Shown in pieces: positions 21,883 through 33,509 of a stretch of DNA of 64,000 bases. The stretch's first letter is position 1. Each line of letters begins with the position of its first letter. The position numbers were made by a program, and so were the translations under genes. The notes below the pieces were generated by a model. It worked only from the letters and a program-made list of their open reading frames with translations. It had not been told where the DNA came from and did not search any database. Location of the stretch: the IMG/VR virus record IMGVR_UViG_3300021399_000005, positions 32,001-96,000 of that record. The stretch is one strand, 5' to 3'. The DNA is from a virus (Duplodnaviria > Caudoviricetes).

Positions 21883-24800
21883 TCTTTTAAAGACTCACTA
21901 TGTTTAATTCTCATTTCAGTTTCTTGTTGCTTACCTAGATTGAAAGCAGTTTTATAGTCACCAGTTAAGTAACCTGTTACTCTACGCAATCTTTGAATAT
22001 TTTTGCTTCCACAAATTGGACATGTGTCATTCATCTCATCTGTGTATCCGCAATCTAAACAGGTATCATTTGGAACATTTATAGCGAAATAAGGGATATC
22101 CTTGTCCATGGCATAGTTGACAATAGATTCTAATGCATCAAGATTATTTTTAACAGTAGATTCTAATTCTACATATGTAATGCAACCAGCGTTACTATAT
22201 CCAGTTAACTCTGCCTCAATATCAATTTTTTCAAAAGGTGACAAGTTTTTCCAAACCGGAACATGGATTGAATTAGTAAAGAAATCATTTTCTGAAATAC
22301 CTGGTAATTTTCCATATTTTTTCTGGAATGCTTTCATTGCGGTGTAGCACAAATTCTCTGCCGGGGTGTAGTACACACCAAAGTTCAAATGTTCTTCTTG
22401 TTTAAACTGTGCGCATCTGTCTTTGTAAAGCTGTTCAATACGTTTTGCTAATTCCATGCCCCTTTTTGTTGTGTGGTCACAACCGATAAGAATTTGAAGC
22501 GTTTCCGCGAGGCCGATTTGGCCAATAACTAGTGTACCATGTTTAAGCGCACTACGCACACCCTCTTCAGGTTTATAACCTGACATTACGCCATTTTCAT
22601 ACATAAATTTTGCTGAATTAGGACTTTGTGAACACATATATTCGTATCTTTCTTTTAACATATCTCTTGCTTCATGTAATTTAGTATCAAGTAAAGACAT
22701 AAAATTCTCAACAGCATCTGCTTCGCCAGTAGCATCATACTCTTCTTTTGCAGCGTTTAATGCATCCATAGCTAAGAAAGGTAATAAAATTGTAACTGGT
22801 GCTAAGTTTCCTCTACCATCCTTCTTTTGCGGATTAACTCCAGGTTCTGCATTGATGTCTGCGCCGTTATATGTTCTGCACATTTTCTCTTATGTTACCA
22901 TAAGAACTGACTATATCTTCTATCTTTCGATAGCCTCCCGCTTGGACCTGGTGCTTATCTCCAGGCCTACTCCCTTACATTCATCAGGGATAGTCGATAC
23001 ACTTTATTTTATAAGTTCTATAATATATCCATCTGGTTGTGGACGTTTTTTTTGGACAATTTCTGAAATTTTTCTTCTTGATATTGGTAAATTCTGTTCT
23101 GCCTGGCTATAACTTTTATAAACTGTTATTTCTCCTGTTTTTAAATTAGTTACTTTTATTTTATTGCCAGTGCGTTCATGATTTTTTTTAACTGTATAAT
23201 CATCAATATATTCATCTTGTTCGTATGCGATAAGTCATTCATCTTTATATAAACTTTTTACTTTATGTAAACATCTCCTAGAACAAAATTGATGATTTGT
23301 TTCATTAAAAAAGTCTCTCATCTGCGCTTGTGTTTCAAAATGATATTCTTCACCAGTATTAATATTTTTACATTTTACTCCTGTTGCATTTGGATTGTTA
23401 CCGCCTACTTTAGACTGTCTAATTTTTTCTTTAATTAAAGACAATTCTTCTGGAGTTTTTGTTTGATATGTGTTGCCACCGCTTTTATATTCTGCAGCAG
23501 TTTCATTATATCCATTTTTTATACTATCATAATAAATAATTCAATCATGTTCTTTTTTTGTTAACTCTTCTTGACTTGTAGCAGTATCAATAACTTCAGT
23601 AACAAAAGAATCTGGTTTATAATACCTAATAGCTCTTGCAAAATGAGTATCAATGACGTTGTTTAAAGCATCTGTTTGATGACGTTTTCATCTGCTTTCT
23701 AATGAATTAACAGTTTGTCCAATATAAACTTTGTTATTTTTTGTGTTTGTTATTTTATATATTATCATTTTTATTAAACCTCCTATGCTTTCATTTTTAT
23801 TTAAAAATGTGCGGCATAAATTTAATAAAAATTGTCCAAAACTTATAAAATCTTAGCACGGTCTCATCCTGTTTTACGAGGACCTAACCGTTAGCTTACA
23901 ATATTTTTGTAAACACCCGCGAGCGCGGTTCAAGAGGTTTTAGATGAGCTACAGTTTACACTTACCCATCGTGCTTACGTATGTCTCAGGATCGTTACGA
24001 TCATACCCTGCATTAGTAGACCAGTCAACATTTACATAGTTTGGATATAATCTTTGCGCAGTTGACTTTAAAGCCAATCTAAATAAATCATAGTTAGGGT
24101 CACCTGGCGCACGATTAACACCTTTCATACATTGGAATATACCACAAGGGAAAATTGATGTTTTATGTAATTTTCCAAGACCTTCAATAGAAACATTTAG
24201 GATTTCTTCAGTAACCATTTTACCCTCTGGGAGAGTGCATGTGCCGTAGTTGATAGATGTAAAGGGTAATTGGTTACCAGACCGTGATTGTAATGTATTA
24301 CATTTGCATTCACACAAGTTCGTTAAGCTTGTGCAGTTCTCTTATGAACTTCTTTATGTCGCCATAAAGATTAGACTATATCTTCATCCTCTTTTGAGGA
24401 GGTTACCATTTCGGATTACTTAATCCTACTCTCCGTTTTATGGAGATAGTCGTTAGGCATTTATCGTATCATCATAATATTTTAAGTGGTAGCCCTTTAA
24501 GGTTTTACCTCTACCATTGCATAATTTTGAAATGTTTGTCGCTGGAATTCCTAATTGTCTACTACACTCTTGAACAGATTCATAAACAGTATTTAATTCT
24601 TCACAATAAACTTTTCTTTTGTTTGGATAATTTTGAGATAATTTCTTTTTCTTTTCTTCTGAACAGGGAACATGTCTATTTTGAGCCGCAATAGATAATT
24701 TTTGTTTATGCTCATCAGTAAATTTTCTTCCTTTTTGAGCATTACTTATTTTTTTCTTTTTTTCTTCAGAACAAGCATGTCCCAATCCATTTTTATTGCC

Positions 24801-26219
24801 CATTAAAGCATGAGAAATTTTTTCTTTAGTTTCTTTATTCATAGAAAATACTTCTCCGCCAGAAGTAGAATTATATCCATATTCTCTATTCATTGCATTA
24901 AATTTTTGTATAAGTTCTTGCTCTTTTAAACAAGCTTCTTCTTTTGTTAAATTAGTAAACAAAATATTATGTTCAAAATTATCCCAACCATATTTTTGAA
25001 TTGCTGAATAAAAATGAGGACTTGATTTATAATTGCATCCATTTGAACCCCATCTTCGTTCTGGTATTTGAGATGTTATGCCAATATAAACTTTATTATT
25101 TATTTTATTTTTATGTTGATAAACAATATACATAAAGCCCTCCTTTCTTTTAAATAAATGATACGAATTTAGCACGGAGTTGTCTACGAGAGAGTTTCTC
25201 CGTTTAGGTAACTATGTTCTTAACATTACTGTTAAGTCGCCCTAATATTTAAGGTTGTGGTACATACCTTCAACGGCCTGGTGAATTTCTTTTTTTGTCA
25301 TTGCCATTGCATATTTATGAGCGCTTTTGTCTGCGTACAAACTATCATTATAAATTGAATAATCCTCTGGGTCTATATTATAAGTCCAACACTGTGGGTC
25401 TGTTTGTTGTTCATTAATACAGATTCTATCAGGTTCTCCATTAAAAAAGCTTATTTTTTCTGGTGTTAAAAAAGTTAAACCATCTAAATAATGTTTCCAA
25501 AAAGATTTTCTTACATATGGCACCATAGTCCAGTCAATATGGCTTGCGGAAACTCCTCCAAATTGTTGTAAAGATTGAAGCTGAAAAATTACTGCAACAA
25601 GTTGAAAAGCAGTATTTACTGAATTGGCTGGACGCACATCAGTTTGACGAGTATTAAATCCTTCCGCAAGTAACTTATCAAAAGGAATCGTAAGACAATT
25701 ATGCATTCCGATTGCGTAACTGTCTAAGTCATGAATATAAATGTAATTATTTAAATGATTATTTCGTGACATTTCTGACATGCAATAATCAAGAGCAAAT
25801 TTCTTGGTTAAGACTCTATTAGCTTCACCCATTCTTCCACCAAAAGAGCGTTCATCAACATTAGCATTTTGGTTTTGAACATCAGTTGCATCAAGTTTTT
25901 TTGCAACTTCTTGCATAAACTGAGTATTATATTCTCTTACTTTTGTTCTATCATATCTATATTTAATATATGCTCTAGCAACATCTTTTCTTTTACAAGA
26001 CATTAACCCCTGTTCAACCAAATCTTGAATTTCTTCAATTTTTAACATATGGTCTTGTTTCTCAGCATAATCATAAATATAATCTGCAATGTTTTTTGCT
26101 TTTGTCATGGCATATTCTTCTATCTTACCATCAACATCCTGGAAAGCAGCTAAAACTGCACTCTCAATTTTACTTTTGTCAAAATTTTTAATTCGACCAT
26201 CTCGTTTAATAATTTTCAT
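21870..26219 (-). CDS. nrdD: Class III anaerobic ribonucleotide reductase; exons 26219-25252, 24300-23964, 22880-21870 (771 aa spliced)
   Basis: ATP cone; splicing restores YHNL/NTLQSR and STMG/CRT; TPAENL; CxxC..CxxC; RRVTGYL. Confidence 0.93.
23004..23768 (-). CDS. GIY-YIG homing endonuclease (254 aa, 3 TGA)
   Basis: MIIYKITN..VYIGQT..R*KRH..NGYN; AGGAGG SD; only a fragment appears in the code-11 track. Confidence 0.85.
23791..23838 (-). promoter_or_regulatory. Candidate late promoter inside intron 2
   Basis: TGGACAA-N28-TAAATA-N3-ATGA as at 6619-6666. Confidence 0.55.
24301..25251 (-). mobile_element. Group I intron 1 of nrdD (951 nt)
   Basis: P1 CCU^UAA/UUAGGG with U.G; terminal G; GACTA and AAGATATAGTC core elements. 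Confidence 0.9.
24453..25133 (-). CDS. GIY-YIG homing endonuclease with NUMOD3/NUMOD1-like repeats
   Basis: YIVY..VYIGIT..RRW..GYN; HSEExKKKIS-type repeats; Trp codons are TGG. Confidence 0.88.
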   Translation of the reverse strand: MYIVYQHKNKINNKVYIGITSQIPERRWGSNGCNYKSSPHFYSAIQKYGWDNFEHNILFTNLTKEEACLKEQELIQKFNAMNREYGYNSTSGGEVFSMNKETKEKISHALMGNKNGLGHACSEEKKKKISNAQKGRKFTDEHKQKLSIAAQNRHVPCSEEKKKKLSQNYPNKRKVYCEELNTVYESVQECSRQLGIPATNISKLCNGRGKTLKGYHLKYYDDTINA

Positions 26220-26337
26220 TTAAAACCTCCTAATTATTTAAATTATTTCTAGGATTCTATATTGATCCAAAATATTATAACAAATCTTTTAATAAAATTA
26301 AATAAAAATAACCAAAAGAGAGGAATCTTTATTCCTC

Positions 26338-29300
26338 TCAAGCTCCTTGCGCTCTTGCTGAAGTTAAGCTAATATCTTTTCCATCATCAGAAATAGAAGT
26401 AATTCTATATAGCTGATGGTTTTCTTCATCGTCTTTTCTCTTATATTTTTTTGCCATAAAAGAATCTTCTGTTTTAATTCCCTGAATAACAATTAAACTT
26501 CCTCTATCAAACCAACTTTTTTCAATAATATGTTTTTTACCATCTTCTCCAAGAGCAGAAATTCTTTTATCAAACAAAGCGAAATGTTCTTTTCTAAATT
26601 TTACTTCAACAACACCTTTTGGAGTTAACAAAGTAATAGAAGAATGACTCTTATTTTTAGCAATACAAGTTCCATAAATTTTATGAAGTTTAAAGATATT
26701 AATTTTTCTACCATTTTTAGTAAAGAAGCTTCTTTCAACCTCTTGTTCTTCTGGTAAATCAAAGAAATCTGACAAACCATATTTTTCTTTATTTACATTA
26801 ATTAATTCATGTTCATGGTAATAAAAACATAATACCTCCATTTCCCAAGAAGAAATAGAACCTTTTGCATATTTATTCCAACTTTCCATAAAGATTTTTT
26901 CATTTAAACTTTGAAGAATTTCTTGACTATTTTCTTTTAACCAATCTCTAGCGGGATCCATATATCCTTGATAATACTTATCCCATTTCTTTAAGTCTAA
27001 AGTTTTATCTGGTTCAATTAAAAACTCTAAATCTATTGAAGTTAAAAAATCTATTGCCCTATTATCTAAATGTCCATTTTTACAAATTGCTCTTAAATAT
27101 CTGTTAAATTCAAATACTCTCTTTTCAAAGTTTAATTCTTCTGGAATCATTCCACTTTTCACTAACCCGGCAAAATTCTGTAAGGTTAATCTTTTTTTCT
27201 TTTCACAAGTTTCCCAAATAAACCATGCCATTACAAATTTTCTATCATAAAATTGGTCAAATGCGCCAGCCTTAATTAAAGAAATCATGGCAGTTTTATT
27301 TAATTTTACTTTTGAATAAAAATCTTTTGGAGAAACGTAAGGTCTATTTTTTAATATTTCTTCCACTACGTTTTCACCGACATCCAAAATTCCATTTAAA
27401 CCAAACATAATGACATTGTCTTCAATATTTGGAGAAAAAGTTCTTTGAGATTTATTAATATCAACTAATCCTATTTTAATTCCTGCGGCTTGAATATCAC
27501 CTAAAGCCTTTGCAATTTTTCCATAGTTTGTGGAACCTCCTGTTAAAGCCCCACTATTAACTCTTAAACATGCAGTATTCCAAAATATTGGATTATAGTT
27601 TGTGCCAAGATACAAAGTCTGTACACCTACGAAGGAGTACGCAAGCGAATGAATTTTTGAAAAAGAATAACCCATCTGTGGACCAACCCCAGCTCTCCAA
27701 ATATATTCACCCAACTTGTGAGATTTTGCTTGCGCCAATACCTTTTGCCGCAAAGCTGGAATTTTATCCATTTGCTTCTTTCCTACGATCTTTCTGGCGC
27801 GATTTGCTTCCCCCAATGTGAAACCGCAAATATTTTCATCCATCAACATTAACATTAACTGCTCTTGGCTTGGAGGTACTCCATAAGAACTTTTGAAATA
27901 TGGTTCTAAAGTTTTTTCCTCTTCTTTTGTTAAACCAAAGTTATCCATTTCTTTATACCATAAATCAATATTATTTTTAAATCTTACATATTTATCCATT
28001 GGCTGCTCTTCTCCAGGACTTGATGTCATTAATCTCATCAATCCATTACAGTCACTCATTTCTTCAATTGTTCTTGGTTTAATCTTTGCAGCTGCTCTTG
28101 CGCCAACAGATGAATCAAACTGAAATGTATTTAAAACAGAACCCTTTTCTAAAGCATTCCAAATTCTTTCATCATTTAAATTTAATACATTTGGATGTAA
28201 ATATTTATCATAAACTTCTTTTAAAGTTAAATCTTTATCAATTTCTCCATACTCCTGTAACAAATTTATAGTTTCAACAATTTTATCTTGTACATCAGTA
28301 ACTAATATATCAAATTTTGTCATACCAAGATGTTCACATTGATGAAGATCCCATTGAGTAATAATATCTCCACTTGGAGTTTTCATAAATGCACCAAATT
28401 CATATGGATTTTCGTCAAAGAAAATTACACCTGATGCATGACTACCTCTTTGCTTAATCAAATTCTCTATTCCAAACATAATATCCAAAAGTCCAGGATA
28501 TTGTTCTACTTCTTCAATGAAAACTTTTACTGGTTTTCTACCTTTTTCTTTATTTCCATACACAACATCTTGTAAACTCCAAATAAAACCTCTTTCTACT
28601 GGTACAAGAGAAGATAAATATTGAGCTTCATCAACATCTATTCCCTGTGGAAAATCTTCACTTCTATATCCTCTACATGAAGTTAAAATTGCGCTTTTGG
28701 TTGATTCGGTTCCGAACGTTGCCACCAATGTGCAACCCAAATTTTCTCTAGACAAATCATCTAAATCATCATTAAAATTCTTACTTCTTTCTTCCCTAAT
28801 CTTCTGCAATATTAAAGGACGTTTACTTGGACATACATCTATATCAATATCTGGTAATTCTACACGGTCTTTATTTAAATATCTGAAAAAAGGTAAATCA
28901 TGTTCTATTGGGTCTAACTGTGTTACGCCTAATAAATAATGATTCAATCCCGAACAAGACGAGCCTCGGCCTGCTCCAACCGTACTTCCGCACTCCCAAA
29001 TTAAATCAATGTAATGTTGTAAAGTAATTGGATAATCAAACATATTTGAATCTAATTCTTTTCCAATATATGCTTTAACCTCTGCTTCTTCTTCTAATCG
29101 ACCTAAATAAATATTATTATCTTTTCCTAATTCTTTAAGCTTTTTTAAGCATTCATTAACCCAATATCTTTCATGATTGTTTTCAGATTTTCTCATATTA
29201 TAAAGATTTGGATATTTTACCAAAGATTTATCATCAAATTTTTGACTAAAAGGAACCTCAACCCTTGGGATTTGTTGTTTATGAAAAATTGAATATTGTT

Positions 29301-30177
29301 CAATTTTATCATAAATTTCTTCACTATTTTTAACCATTTCTTCATAGTCTAATCCAGATGCAGACAAATGTTCTATTAATTCTTCTTCTGTTTGAAGATA
29401 AGAATATTCATAAAAAGAATCTACTTCTCTTTCTCCTTGTTTAGAATTTAAATATGCCTTATGAACATATCTGTCTTCTTTCTTTAAAAAATGAGCGTCA
29501 CAACCTATTACCATTTTTCTATTATAAGTTCGTGCAATTTGTTTAAGACGCTTATTTACAATAATTTGTTCTGTTGAACATCCAGGCGCACATTCTACAT
29601 AAAAATCATCTCCAAAACATTCGATACAAAAAGTTATGTAGTTATGGATTTGTAATTTTTTTTCTTGTGCTAATTCAGTATTATTATTTTTTTCTGCTTC
29701 TGTTAAAGCTAAAATTGTTTGTCCCAATTCTGAACCAATACAAGCACTAGTCGCAATTAAATGACCTTTTCCAAACTTTTTTATTTTCTCTTGTAATTCT
29801 GATTTTAAAGTTGGAACTCGTTCCAAACCTCTATCCATATAAGAATTCATCCAAGAATAAGAAGAAAGTTCTTTTAACATTTGAAAACCCACTTTATCTT
29901 TTGCAATTAAGATAAAGTGGTAATATTTTGTTTTTGGTTCTCTTACATCTGTTAAATAAATTTCATTTCCTATTGCAATTTTAAAATCTTTATCAATTTG
30001 CTCTTGATATTCTTTAATCTCAACCGCTGCGCACAAACACTCATGATCTGTAATAGCAATTCCAGATAAACCAAGTTCTATGGCTCGGTCTATGAGATTT
30101 TTAGGCTTATTAATACAGTCGATCAATCTGATGTTGCTGTAGTGAGTGTGCGAATGTGGTTCGAAGCGACGACCCAT
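26338..30177 (-). CDS. dnaE: DNA polymerase III alpha subunit
   Basis: PHP (HSHTHYS, TDH), GRGS, PDIDID, HASG, KFDIL, YSFSKIHS; ends in TGA. Confidence 0.95.
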   Translation of the reverse strand: MGRRFEPHSHTHYSNIRLIDCINKPKNLIDRAIELGLSGIAITDHECLCAAVEIKEYQEQIDKDFKIAIGNEIYLTDVREPKTKYYHFILIAKDKVGFQMLKELSSYSWMNSYMDRGLERVPTLKSELQEKIKKFGKGHLIATSACIGSELGQTILALTEAEKNNNTELAQEKKLQIHNYITFCIECFGDDFYVECAPGCSTEQIIVNKRLKQIARTYNRKMVIGCDAHFLKKEDRYVHKAYLNSKQGEREVDSFYEYSYLQTEEELIEHLSASGLDYEEMVKNSEEIYDKIEQYSIFHKQQIPRVEVPFSQKFDDKSLVKYPNLYNMRKSENNHERYWVNECLKKLKELGKDNNIYLGRLEEEAEVKAYIGKELDSNMFDYPITLQHYIDLIWECGSTVGAGRGSSCSGLNHYLLGVTQLDPIEHDLPFFRYLNKDRVELPDIDIDVCPSKRPLILQKIREERSKNFNDDLDDLSRENLGCTLVATFGTESTKSAILTSCRGYRSEDFPQGIDVDEAQYLSSLVPVERGFIWSLQDVVYGNKEKGRKPVKVFIEEVEQYPGLLDIMFGIENLIKQRGSHASGVIFFDENPYEFGAFMKTPSGDIITQWDLHQCEHLGMTKFDILVTDVQDKIVETINLLQEYGEIDKDLTLKEVYDKYLHPNVLNLNDERIWNALEKGSVLNTFQFDSSVGARAAAKIKPRTIEEMSDCNGLMRLMTSSPGEEQPMDKYVRFKNNIDLWYKEMDNFGLTKEEEKTLEPYFKSSYGVPPSQEQLMLMLMDENICGFTLGEANRARKIVGKKQMDKIPALRQKVLAQAKSHKLGEYIWRAGVGPQMGYSFSKIHSLAYSFVGVQTLYLGTNYNPIFWNTACLRVNSGALTGGSTNYGKIAKALGDIQAAGIKIGLVDINKSQRTFSPNIEDNVIMFGLNGILDVGENVVEEILKNRPYVSPKDFYSKVKLNKTAMISLIKAGAFDQFYDRKFVMAWFIWETCEKKKRLTLQNFAGLVKSGMIPEELNFEKRVFEFNRYLRAICKNGHLDNRAIDFLTSIDLEFLIEPDKTLDLKKWDKYYQGYMDPARDWLKENSQEILQSLNEKIFMESWNKYAKGSISSWEMEVLCFYYHEHELINVNKEKYGLSDFFDLPEEQEVERSFFTKNGRKINIFKLHKIYGTCIAKNKSHSSITLLTPKGVVEVKFRKEHFALFDKRISALGEDGKKHIIEKSWFDRGSLIVIQGIKTEDSFMAKKYKRKDDEENHQLYRITSISDDGKDISLTSARAQGA

Positions 30178-30210
30178 TTCATCATCTTCCTTTCCCTTAT
30201 TTCTATATAT

Positions 30211-30239
30211 ATTATATCATAGCTTTAATATTTTGTCAA
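30211..30239 (-). promoter_or_regulatory. SigmaA-type promoter
   Basis: TTGACA-N17-TATAAT with TG extension. Confidence 0.85.
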
Positions 30240-30244
30240 AAAAA

Positions 30245-31396
30245 CTAGTTTTTTATCACGACTAATTTTTCTACTGCCCTTGTGCATGCTGTGTATAACC
30301 ATCTTTTATGGTCATCTTTCTTAAATGGAAAATTTTCTTCAATAACTAAGACATTATCCCATTGACTGCCTTGCGCTTTATGACAAGTAATAGCATAACC
30401 ATAAGCAAAAGGAACAATTGGATATGGAGCGCCTTTTATTTCTTCTGGAGTAAAAGCTGGAACGCCAGTTAGAAAAAGTTGTTTATCAATATAAACACAT
30501 TCAAACATAGCATAATAAGAATCATATCCTTCTGGCATGAGGTCTATACAATATAATACTCTACCATCGTCCAAATGTAATTCAGATAAATATTCAACAG
30601 TTCCAATAGTTCCATTTACCATACTTTCTCCAATCATATTAGAAGAGTTCCATATATTTTTCAAACAAATAATTTTATCTCCTAGCTGCAACTCTTTTGG
30701 AACATTAGTACCCCAAATGTATTGCCTAATTAGATTATTATAATAATCTCTTTGTTTATTTGTAGCTACTAAAACTTGGTCTGCCCAAGTCAACATTCCA
30801 GAAACTAATTTACTCTTACTTAAAACTTGAACTTCTGTACCTTTTTGCTCTGGTAAATTTTTACCTTCTCTAATACGCAAACTTAAATCTATAATCTCTG
30901 AATCCTGTGCCTGTCTTACAATTTCATCTAAAAAGATATGTGGGTCGTCTAAAACATTATTTTCTTTCCGAACCGGGGGAAGCTGTGCTGGATCCCCAAG
31001 AGCTAACACATGTACTGGATGAGATAGTAATAATTCCCACATATCAAGTGGTAACATTGAAACCTCATCAACAACTACAATTTTGTATGGCTTTTCTAAT
31101 TTTTTTCTAGGATAAAAACGATAGGAACCATCTTTTAATTGTCTAGCATGATAAAGCAATTTGTGCGCAGTTACAGCATTTTCATTCCCATGCTCTCTTA
31201 ATACTAGGGCGGCTTTGCCCGTGAAGGAAACATAAACTACTTGAAAAGAAGGAATGCCCAACGCTTGAATGATATAACTAACCAGCGTTGTTTTACCCGT
31301 ACCAGCCATTCCCGCAATAACGGTGTATTTTTTATGTTCTTTATATCGTTGAAGAGCAATTTCCAAACCCTTTTGTTGCTTGTCAGTTAATTGCAT
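30245..31396 (-). CDS. SF1B helicase, Dda/RecD2-like
   Basis: GMAGTGKT, VDEVSM, GDPAQLPP, YAITCHKAQGS, YTACTRA. Confidence 0.9.
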   Translation of the reverse strand: MQLTDKQQKGLEIALQRYKEHKKYTVIAGMAGTGKTTLVSYIIQALGIPSFQVVYVSFTGKAALVLREHGNENAVTAHKLLYHARQLKDGSYRFYPRKKLEKPYKIVVVDEVSMLPLDMWELLLSHPVHVLALGDPAQLPPVRKENNVLDDPHIFLDEIVRQAQDSEIIDLSLRIREGKNLPEQKGTEVQVLSKSKLVSGMLTWADQVLVATNKQRDYYNNLIRQYIWGTNVPKELQLGDKIICLKNIWNSSNMIGESMVNGTIGTVEYLSELHLDDGRVLYCIDLMPEGYDSYYAMFECVYIDKQLFLTGVPAFTPEEIKGAPYPIVPFAYGYAITCHKAQGSQWDNVLVIEENFPFKKDDHKRWLYTACTRAVEKLVVIKN

Positions 31397-31442
31397 ACCT
31401 TTTGTTTTATCCTCCTTTTCTTTTTATATTATATCATATTAT

Positions 31443-31643
31443 TTATTTATTTTCAATATTACATGTAATTTCCCAGGTTGATCCCATATATTTAGGGCAA
31501 ATTCTTGCCATTAGCATACAAACTCCACAAGGTAATAGGTGAGGGCATTCTGGTGTATCTTGATAATACGATTTTGAATCGGCAGTAGAGGTAGAATCGC
31601 TATAAATCAATTTTGAATTAGTAGTTGTTTTGTTATTAAACAT
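31443..31643 (-). CDS. Small Cys-rich hypothetical protein
   Basis: GGAGG SD; CPHLLPCGVC..CP. Confidence 0.65.
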   Translation of the reverse strand: MFNNKTTTNSKLIYSDSTSTADSKSYYQDTPECPHLLPCGVCMLMARICPKYMGSTWEITCNIENK

Positions 31644-31757
31644 AAAATTTCCTCCTGTTTTTTAACTAATTTTTTACATTCTAACATTTGCTCTTAAAAA
31701 TTCCTAGAAAGATTTTTGTTCCAGGTGCGGAGAAGCCGCCATCAGCGCCACAAGCAA

Positions 31758-33509
31758 CTAGAAATAGTATTCTTGTTTTTCTTCTATTGAATAATCTTCT
31801 ATTAAAATTTGAGGAGCATTATCCCAGCCCGTATTTTTAGAACATCTTCCAATAATATCTACTTTTACATAGCCATCTCCAGGGTTTAAATCTTCGTATT
31901 CACTTTCATTTGCTTGGAATTTAATTGCTGTTAAACTTGAGCTTGAGAAAGTAAATTTTAAAGTGTTTTTATTTTTTCCTAGTAAAGAGAGATTGTTTTT
32001 TGCAATAATAATATCTTTTAATAAAACAAGAGGTTCTTCTACTCCTTGACCCCATAAATCATCTGATTCAGCAATAGACAGAATATCATCTTCATGATAT
32101 GGAAGATTTTCTCCAGTAATTACCAAATCAACATTATATTGAGCAGAGAATTTTGCGTCTTTTAAAATTTCATTACTATATTCTATAAACTTGCTGATAT
32201 TCGGTTCGGAGATGATTACACCGAATGCGTTGTCATGCCCCTGAGCAAGTTCAAAATATCCACTATTCTTTGCAAGTTGTTGTAAAGATGGGAGCGCGCT
32301 TGAAGGAGTGTTTCTACCAGAACCGCCCCAGAAGACCTTTCCAGTTTCTCTATCTATTGTTTTATTTAATAACATAACAGGATGTCCATATGTTGACATA
32401 ATTTTATTTGCAATAAGACCAGTAATCTCTCTATCTTTTTCATCTGGATTATCAATTTGGACTAAAAGAATTTTATTCTCTAATAAGTTATTATCTTCAA
32501 TTTGCTGTTGTAAGCTTTCAAATAAGCTATCTCTTTCTTTGTTTTGTCTATTTCTAACGTTTGCGCAAGTACGAATAGATTGCTCTATAATTGTTTCCAT
32601 TTCTCCCTTATGCCCACGTTTTGTAGAAGGTATTTCTGTATATGCCATATAATCTAACATTGACTTGAACAACAGGGTTTTTTCCTCTTGTGTTCCCACT
32701 CGTGTAACTGCATTAACAGCTGGAGCGATATACCAAGACACACCCTTAGGCGTAACTTTATCTTTCATATTGTAAGAATTTTTTTCTACCATTTTTACCA
32801 TAAAGGGAGTCCAAATGTGAGCACATCCTTTTTCTACAATTCTATGCGTTTCGTATTGGCGCAAATCCATTGCGTCTGCTAAAACACCAAGAGCAACTAA
32901 GTCTAAATAATAATCAGCAATATTGTCATTAAAGAAAGAGTCTAAATAACTACAAAATTTCCAAACCATAGCAACGCCAGACAAAGATTTTGTTGGATAG
33001 TTTTCATCCAACTGATTGTTTATAACAATAGCATCTTCTGAATAATGACTTGCATTATGATGGTCAATAATAATTACTTTTCTACCTTCTTTTGCTAATT
33101 GCGCATGGATGTTGTATTCCTCACTACCAGCATCTGGGCAAAGAACCAAAGTAGCTTCGCAAGCAGAAATTAAATTTGTTAATAGTCCATGTGTTTTTCC
33201 TTCGTGCATCCCAAAATGAACTTTGTTATCAACCCAGGTTGGAAAACGTCTATGAAGGTAATTAATTAAAACTGCTGCGCTAGTATACCCATCACAATCA
33301 CTGTCCACGTTCACAAAACATGTTTCGTTATTATGGATAGCCTGAACAAGGCATTGCGCTGCTTCTTTCATATTTCTTATTGTCGCAGGATTAATTATAT
33401 CTTCATCTGAAACATTTAAATAGTGGGCAGGATCTTCTATCCCTCTATTTTTTAAAACTTGAATTAAACTAAAATTTTCTGAATCTTCATTAAGAATTTT
33501 ATACTCCAT
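31758..33509 (-). CDS. recJ: RecJ-like ssDNA exonuclease
   Basis: DSDCDG, IDHH, GSGR, GH motifs (DHH/DHHA1). Confidence 0.9.
   Translation of the reverse strand: MEYKILNEDSENFSLIQVLKNRGIEDPAHYLNVSDEDIINPATIRNMKEAAQCLVQAIHNNETCFVNVDSDCDGYTSAAVLINYLHRRFPTWVDNKVHFGMHEGKTHGLLTNLISACEATLVLCPDAGSEEYNIHAQLAKEGRKVIIIDHHNASHYSEDAIVINNQLDENYPTKSLSGVAMVWKFCSYLDSFFNDNIADYYLDLVALGVLADAMDLRQYETHRIVEKGCAHIWTPFMVKMVEKNSYNMKDKVTPKGVSWYIAPAVNAVTRVGTQEEKTLLFKSMLDYMAYTEIPSTKRGHKGEMETIIEQSIRTCANVRNRQNKERDSLFESLQQQIEDNNLLENKILLVQIDNPDEKDREITGLIANKIMSTYGHPVMLLNKTIDRETGKVFWGGSGRNTPSSALPSLQQLAKNSGYFELAQGHDNAFGVIISEPNISKFIEYSNEILKDAKFSAQYNVDLVITGENLPYHEDDILSIAESDDLWGQGVEEPLVLLKDIIIAKNNLSLLGKNKNTLKFTFSSSSLTAIKFQANESEYEDLNPGDGYVKVDIIGRCSKNTGWDNAPQILIEDYSIEEKQEYYF

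Larger units (their letters stand above)
22881..23963 (-). mobile_element. Group I intron 2 of nrdD (1083 nt)
   Basis: P1 AUGGGU/GCUCAU with U.G at splice site; terminal G; GACTA and AAGATATAGTC core elements. Confidence 0.9.

Noticed and set aside
31700-31757. GC-rich patch with GCGG/CCGC hairpin after recJ as an origin
   Set aside because: Only a 4-5 bp stem; no iterons or other support
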